Origin: Acidobacteriota bacterium
GTDB taxonomy: Bacteria; Acidobacteriota; UBA6911; RPQK01; CBDAPI01
NCBI GenBank assembly: GCA_965248635.1
Contig: OZ252114.1
Location: 213,838 to 277,837, forward strand
Length of the DNA stretch: 64,000 bases
Reading direction: 5' to 3'
A program made the translations under genes and the position numbers. Below the pieces are notes generated by a model. It ran no database searches, had not been told where the DNA came from, and worked only from the letters and a program-made list of their open reading frames with translations. This document shows, piece after piece, positions 59,323 to 64,000 of the stretch. Numbering within the stretch: position 1 is the first letter of the stretch; the number at the start of each line of letters is the position of its first letter.

Positions 59323-59545
59323 ACGGAATCAGCCCCCATCCCTAAAAGAGAACCTTCTCAGATGATTCCTGATCGGGTTCACCCCTGTTTAAGCTACAAG
59401 AGGGCGTATTCAGTATCTGCTGCAAGCCCCCCTGACCTGTGTACTGAAGTCTAACCGGCCCCGGCACTGTACGTCAACGAAAAAAAGGTGACTCTAATCA
59501 CAGTGTGAGTCTCCCGCATTCAAATACTTACAAATATGATGCAGA

Positions 59546-61276
59546 ATGATTCAGGTGATTGTAAGAAGTGGTAAACCGAAATTCGAAGGAGGAGTCTTGA
59601 TCTTGAAGGCCGCGACCCGATCCAACCAAGCCTGGGGTCTGCAGCAGCGGTGGATGCTCGTGGCAGCAACGGGTCTCGGTGTTCTGCTGCGCTTCTACGA
59701 GCTGCCCCGACAGATCCTGGTCGACGATGAGTGGCATGCGGTGCACAAGCTGCTCGACAGCGACTACTTCTCCATTGTGACTGACTTCGGTGCAACCGAC
59801 CACTGCATCCCACTGACCCTGCTATACAGTCTGCTGGCCGACTTTGCAGTGCTGAACGAGCTGTGGATGCGGCTGCCGGCATTCCTTTCGGGTATTGTGC
59901 TCGTGCCGACTCTGCCGATTCTACTGCGCTGCTATATCGGTTCCAGTGCCAGCGTTGCCCTGGCCTGGCTACTGGCCGTCTCTCCTTTTCATATCTACTA
60001 CAGCCGGCTGGCCCGCCCTTACTCCATTACACTGCTGCTGAGTTGGCTGGCGGTGGTTGCTTTTTACCGCTGGTGGAGGGGTGACCACTCGGGCTGGAAG
60101 TGGGTTTACACAGGGGCTGCAGTCTTGAGCCCCTGGTTTCACCTGGTGACTCTGCCGGTGGTTCTGGCCCCACCCGCGCTGGCCGCGGTGGACGTTGCCC
60201 GGGGCCGTGGGCGATCTCCCGCTGACTGGTTGCTGGCCGTTGTAGGGACCGGGGTGGGCCAGATAGTGCTTCTGGGGCCGCCACTGGTCTCCAGGTTCGG
60301 CTCTTTATCAAACAAGCTGTCTGTCGGCAGCCCCACGATCGAGACGTTTGCCGGTGCCGTCGAACTCTTTATGGGAACCATCCAACCCTGGCTCCTGATT
60401 GGCTGTGGCGCCCTGATGCTGGTCGGAGTGGTCACGCTGGCGCGTGGACAGGCCGACTTCCTGAAGCTGATCTTTTTCACTGGATTCGCTCAGGTTGGAG
60501 CCCTCTTGTTGTTGGGCCCCCACTACATCGAAGTACCGGTGACTCTGGCGCGCTATGCCCTGTTTCTGCTCCCCGCTGCCTTACTGTTGATCGCGACGGG
60601 TATTAGCCGAATAAGCACAGGTCTTGTGCCCGGGCCCCGTTCGGTCGCAGGCTGGGTCACCCTCGTCCTTGCCGCCTTCCTGTTTTGGTTCGGCCCCTTG
60701 CCGCGTATTCTCAGATATCCGAACAACTGGATGGTGCAAGGAACGTGGCAGATCGACTACCACCATGATCGTGCCCTGGAGAGGTTTCGACCAAAGGCGG
60801 CCCCAATGGTTTACGACGAACTGGCAACGCTGCCGGTGGGGGCGACCCTGGTCCTGGAGGCTCCATGGCACTACAACTGGCAGTACTTCCCCTACTACCA
60901 GCAGCAACATCGGCAGAGGACTGCGATCGGCTTCGTCGCTCCTGCAGCAGGTCCCGCCCGCCCCGGTGAGACGCTGCTCAACGATCCACGTTTCCGCTGG
61001 ACAAACGCCATCCATGTTTTCGACCATGGTGAGCTCATCCGACAGGAAGTCGACTGGGTGATTTTTCACAAGCAGCTCTCGCGAGAGATGCCGCCGCCGT
61101 ATCAGGTTGACACTGTCGATGTGTCGCCCTGGATTCGTCACTATGAAACGCTCTTCGGCCCACCCCGATTCGAGGACGACTTCGTCGCGGCGTTCATGAT
61201 TCGCAACCGAAGAGTGCCCCTTGAGCGTCAGAGGTTCGCCGAGACACCGGAAAATGACAACCCTGAGGGAAACTGA
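59546..61276 (+). CDS. GT39/ArnT-like (PMT_2) integral-membrane glycosyltransferase
   Basis: Multiple TM helices. …SPFHIYYSRLARPYSITLLLSWLAVVAFYRWW… loop typical of dolichyl-phosphate-mannose/ArnT-type transferases. An alternative start at ATG 59654. Confidence 0.55.
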   Translation: MIQVIVRSGKPKFEGGVLILKAATRSNQAWGLQQRWMLVAATGLGVLLRFYELPRQILVDDEWHAVHKLLDSDYFSIVTDFGATDHCIPLTLLYSLLADFAVLNELWMRLPAFLSGIVLVPTLPILLRCYIGSSASVALAWLLAVSPFHIYYSRLARPYSITLLLSWLAVVAFYRWWRGDHSGWKWVYTGAAVLSPWFHLVTLPVVLAPPALAAVDVARGRGRSPADWLLAVVGTGVGQIVLLGPPLVSRFGSLSNKLSVGSPTIETFAGAVELFMGTIQPWLLIGCGALMLVGVVTLARGQADFLKLIFFTGFAQVGALLLLGPHYIEVPVTLARYALFLLPAALLLIATGISRISTGLVPGPRSVAGWVTLVLAAFLFWFGPLPRILRYPNNWMVQGTWQIDYHHDRALERFRPKAAPMVYDELATLPVGATLVLEAPWHYNWQYFPYYQQQHRQRTAIGFVAPAAGPARPGETLLNDPRFRWTNAIHVFDHGELIRQEVDWVIFHKQLSREMPPPYQVDTVDVSPWIRHYETLFGPPRFEDDFVAAFMIRNRRVPLERQRFAETPENDNPEGN

Positions 61277-61300
61277 GATGAAGAGCTCGCGAGTCGAACC

Positions 61301-62632
61301 TCAAATGACTCCATAGGCAAGCATAGCGTCGGGTACCTTGACAAACCCGGCGAGGTTGGCCCCTTTTGCGTAGCTGACGAAATCTTCTTCCTGGCCGTAG
61401 CGGACACACTTCTCATGAATCTTGGCCATGAGGTCCTGAAGTCGGTCGTCGACCTCTTCCCGCGACCAGGTGAGGTGCAAAGCATTCTGGGACATCTCGA
61501 GTCCGGAAATGGCCACTCCCCCCGCGTTGGCAGCCTTGCTGGGGGCATAGATGATTCGTGCCTCCTCGAACAGCTTGGCTCCACTCGCCGTGGTGGGCAT
61601 GTTGGCCCCCTCACACACAAGCTTACAGCCGTTTTCGAGCAGGGCGAGGGCGCTGTCTTCTTCAATCTCATTCTGAGTGGCCGAGGGAAACGCCATGTCA
61701 CAGGGCACTTTCCAGGGTCTCTCCCCCTCATGATGCTCCAGGCCGAACTTCTCGGCAAACTCGGTTAAGCTGCCTCGCCGGTTCGATTTCAGGTCGATGA
61801 GATAGTCGAGCTTTTCTCTGTTAAACCCCTCGGGATCGTACACGAAGCCGGATCGATCGGAAACAGTGACAACCCTGGCCCCAAGGTCGATCAGCTTTTC
61901 GACCGTGTACTGGGAAACGTTGCCGGCACCCGAGACCACGCACACCTTCCCCTCCACGTCTTCGCCGATGCGACCCAGCATCTCCCGGGTCAGATAAACC
62001 ACCCCGTAGCCCGTTGCCTCGGTGCGAACCAGGCTGCCTCCATAAGCAAGCCCCTTTCCGGTAATGGCTCCGGTGAACTCGTTGGTCAGCCGCTTGTACT
62101 GGCCGAAGAGGTAGCCGATTTCCCGTGCGCCCACCCCGATGTCGCCTGCCGGAACGTCCACGTCTTTGCCGCTGTGATGGAATAACTCGCTCATCAAGGC
62201 CTGGCAGAATCGCATCACTTCCGCATCGGATTTCCCTTTGGGATTGAAGTCGGAACCTCCCTTCGCACCTCCCATGGGCAACGTGGTGAGGCTATTCTTG
62301 AGGGTCTGCTCAAAGCCCAGAAACTTGAGGATGCTCAGACTCACCGATTTATCGAAGCGAAGCCCGCCTTTGTAGGGGCCGATGGCGCCGTTGAACTGAA
62401 CCCGATGACCTCGATTGACCCGAACGTTCTGCTGATCGTCCTCCCAGCAGACACGGAAGGTAATGATCCGATCCGGCTCGGTCATCCGTTCCAGTATGCG
62501 GGCGTCTCCGTACTTGGGATTATCCTTAATAAAGGGGATGACGGACATCGCCACTTCCCCCACTGCCTGATGGAACTCGGTCTCGCCTGGGTTACGACGG
62601 ACGAGACCCGTCATAAAGTCTTGGTAGTTCAT
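61301..62632 (-). CDS. gdhA: NADP-specific glutamate dehydrogenase
   Basis: 443 aa. Highly conserved GdhA motifs (…QFNGAIGPYKGGLRF…, …LPMGGAKGGSDFNPKGKSDAEVMRFCQ…, Rossmann GAGNVSQY). Confidence 0.9.
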   Translation of the reverse strand: MNYQDFMTGLVRRNPGETEFHQAVGEVAMSVIPFIKDNPKYGDARILERMTEPDRIITFRVCWEDDQQNVRVNRGHRVQFNGAIGPYKGGLRFDKSVSLSILKFLGFEQTLKNSLTTLPMGGAKGGSDFNPKGKSDAEVMRFCQALMSELFHHSGKDVDVPAGDIGVGAREIGYLFGQYKRLTNEFTGAITGKGLAYGGSLVRTEATGYGVVYLTREMLGRIGEDVEGKVCVVSGAGNVSQYTVEKLIDLGARVVTVSDRSGFVYDPEGFNREKLDYLIDLKSNRRGSLTEFAEKFGLEHHEGERPWKVPCDMAFPSATQNEIEEDSALALLENGCKLVCEGANMPTTASGAKLFEEARIIYAPSKAANAGGVAISGLEMSQNALHLTWSREEVDDRLQDLMAKIHEKCVRYGQEEDFVSYAKGANLAGFVKVPDAMLAYGVI

Positions 62633-62717
62633 GGTCTTCCCTTATATCACTGCTGAGACCCAGCGGTTGCAAGTTGAAAGTGAAAGGTTCAAAGTTGGGA
62701 ACTCGCATCTCACCAAT

Positions 62718-64000
62718 CTATGGCTTCAGATCGGTTGCTTGACCGATCCGGTTCTCGGGGCCGCCGCCCGAGCGTTCTTTGATGTCCCTCTCCATCTGGG
62801 CGCGGACCACGTCGTAGCTTCCGACCAGCGTTCGGAAGTCCTGGCGCCCAAGGGTGACGACGTCCACCGGTGTCAGGCAACGGACGGTGGCGCTCCGCGG
62901 CGAGTCCCTAAGAAGCGCAATCTCACCAAAGGATTCGCCGGTGGAAAACGTGGCGATACGTCTGGCCGGGGCTCCGGGCTGCTCCTCGAGAACTTCCACC
63001 TTGCCGTCTTCAATCATATAGAAGCGATCTCCAATGTCACCCTGCTTGATGATGATATCGCCCTCCCGGTAATGGGCACGATGGAGCCGATCCGTGCGAT
63101 CGACGGCGAGCTTAGAGATGTCGGGCGGGAAAAGTAAATCGAGAGACCAGTCGATGCCGACCCGGATCTTGCAGCGAATTCCAGGCAGCTTCATGAAGTA
63201 GACCGATCGCCACAGCCACCAGGCCACGATACCCGCCAGCTTAAACCCGAATATCTCCGCCACCCCGCAGTGGTGCACAATCACGGCCAACTGGCCCAGC
63301 CCGCCAAAGGAAAAGGGCCGAAGCTGCCGTCCCGCGATTGAGGCCAGTACGTTCCTGGCACAACGTTTGCCCTGGCGGATGGCGTACTGTGCGGTTGGAG
63401 GGCACAAACCGCCCCGCCGAACGTCCGGAATCAGCGCCGAATCACCAAGTGCCCAGACATATTCGAGCCCCTTTACTCGGAGGCATTCGTCCGCCACGAT
63501 GCGACCTCGCTCCTGTGGGAGCGAGGACCTGCCGATCAACGGATGGGGCGCATTGCCGACAGTGCAGATGACAGTGCCAGCATTGATGGTCTGACCGTCC
63601 GAAAGGGTTACACCTGCGGGTGTCGCTTCCTTGACGCGTGTTCCAAGGATCGGTTCTACGCCGCGCTGGCTTAGCTTTCGCTCCGCGAACTGTGCCAGGC
63701 CGTCGCTCAGCTCATTGAGAATTCGATCTCTTGAATGGACCAGGATGACACGCTGCCCGGTAGCGCGGGCCCTTGGGTAGAACTCGAGCACGGCCTTGAT
63801 CATGTCGTTGATCTCAGCCACTGTTTCCACGCCGCTGAATCCGCCTCCAACGCCCACGAATGTCAGCGCCTTCTGGAGGGCTTCCCGATCCGGTTCGGTG
63901 TCCGCTTCTTCGAGCTTGCTCAGGATGTGATTGCGCAGGTGAAAAGCGTCGCCCATGGTCTTGATGGGAAGCGAGTGTTCCAACATGCCGGGGGTGCGCG
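62718..64000 (-). CDS. NDH-2-type FAD/NAD(P)-dependent oxidoreductase fused to C-terminal cyclic-nucleotide-binding domain; 5' end beyond window
   Basis: Second dinucleotide-binding motif VGVGGGFSGVETVAEI and NDH-2-like core. C-terminal cNMP-binding domain (…FYMIEDGKVEVL…FGEIALL…RSATV…). The N-terminal FAD motif is missing, so the gene continues past 64000. Confidence 0.65.
   Translation of the reverse strand, partial: RTPGMLEHSLPIKTMGDAFHLRNHILSKLEEADTEPDREALQKALTFVGVGGGFSGVETVAEINDMIKAVLEFYPRARATGQRVILVHSRDRILNELSDGLAQFAERKLSQRGVEPILGTRVKEATPAGVTLSDGQTINAGTVICTVGNAPHPLIGRSSLPQERGRIVADECLRVKGLEYVWALGDSALIPDVRRGGLCPPTAQYAIRQGKRCARNVLASIAGRQLRPFSFGGLGQLAVIVHHCGVAEIFGFKLAGIVAWWLWRSVYFMKLPGIRCKIRVGIDWSLDLLFPPDISKLAVDRTDRLHRAHYREGDIIIKQGDIGDRFYMIEDGKVEVLEEQPGAPARRIATFSTGESFGEIALLRDSPRSATVRCLTPVDVVTLGRQDFRTLVGSYDVVRAQMERDIKERSGGGPENRIGQATDLKP

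Noticed and set aside
1-64000. Looked for CRISPR arrays, rRNA, and integrase or phage structural genes
   Set aside because: None found. The only mobile element supported is the IS1380-family IS.

Overview
High-GC (~60%) bacterial chromosomal segment. The gene content is soil-type, possibly Acidobacteria-like (GWxTD protein, BNR 'sialidase' family, DUF1080, sulfatase, IS1380); that lineage call is inference only. No rRNA or CRISPR array is present. Reading from the start of the window: (1) an ABC transporter operon (tandem-duplicated substrate-binding protein, permease, ATPase) that also carries a STAS anti-sigma-antagonist-like gene and an RsbW-like GHKL kinase gene. It is followed by a Met-rich outer-membrane protein, a YfiR/DUF4154 protein, a hybrid histidine kinase (two REC domains plus Hpt) and a REC-PP2C phosphatase. 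Together these make an Hsb/Rsb-like partner-switching phosphorelay with no sigma factor nearby. (2) A cusCBA-type heavy-metal RND efflux operon whose adaptor carries duplicated N-terminal CxxC metal-binding modules. (3) On the minus strand, a ~1975-aa alpha-2-macroglobulin gene broken into three reading frames, a CBS-domain site-2 protease and a second STAS gene. Divergent from these are an M48 peptidase and a tartrate/isopropylmalate-dehydrogenase-family gene. (4) tRNA-Arg(CCG), an AT-rich tract, and a 1276-aa secreted beta-helix/glycoside-hydrolase-like protein with an internal ~225-aa tandem duplication. (5) A cluster suggesting glycosphingolipid or glycan catabolism: PhyH dioxygenase, neutral ceramidase, FAD oxidoreductase and two BNR sialidase-like proteins. 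A RelB/RelE toxin-antitoxin pair and a HemN-like radical SAM gene sit inside it. (6) An IS1380-family insertion sequence with 18-bp perfect inverted repeats. (7) An ECF sigma/anti-sigma pair, sulfatase, DUF1080 protein, PQQ beta-propeller protein, GWxTD protein, a PQQ alcohol dehydrogenase with cytochrome c, a GT39-like glycosyltransferase, gdhA, and an NDH-2 oxidoreductase fused to a cNMP-binding domain that runs off the window edge. At least eight genes show single-frame disruptions, one of them at a C7 homopolymer. This is consistent with indel sequencing errors or with widespread pseudogenisation, and resequencing is needed to tell which. The ORF track calls GTG/TTG starts as M, so several true starts were re-placed by eye.
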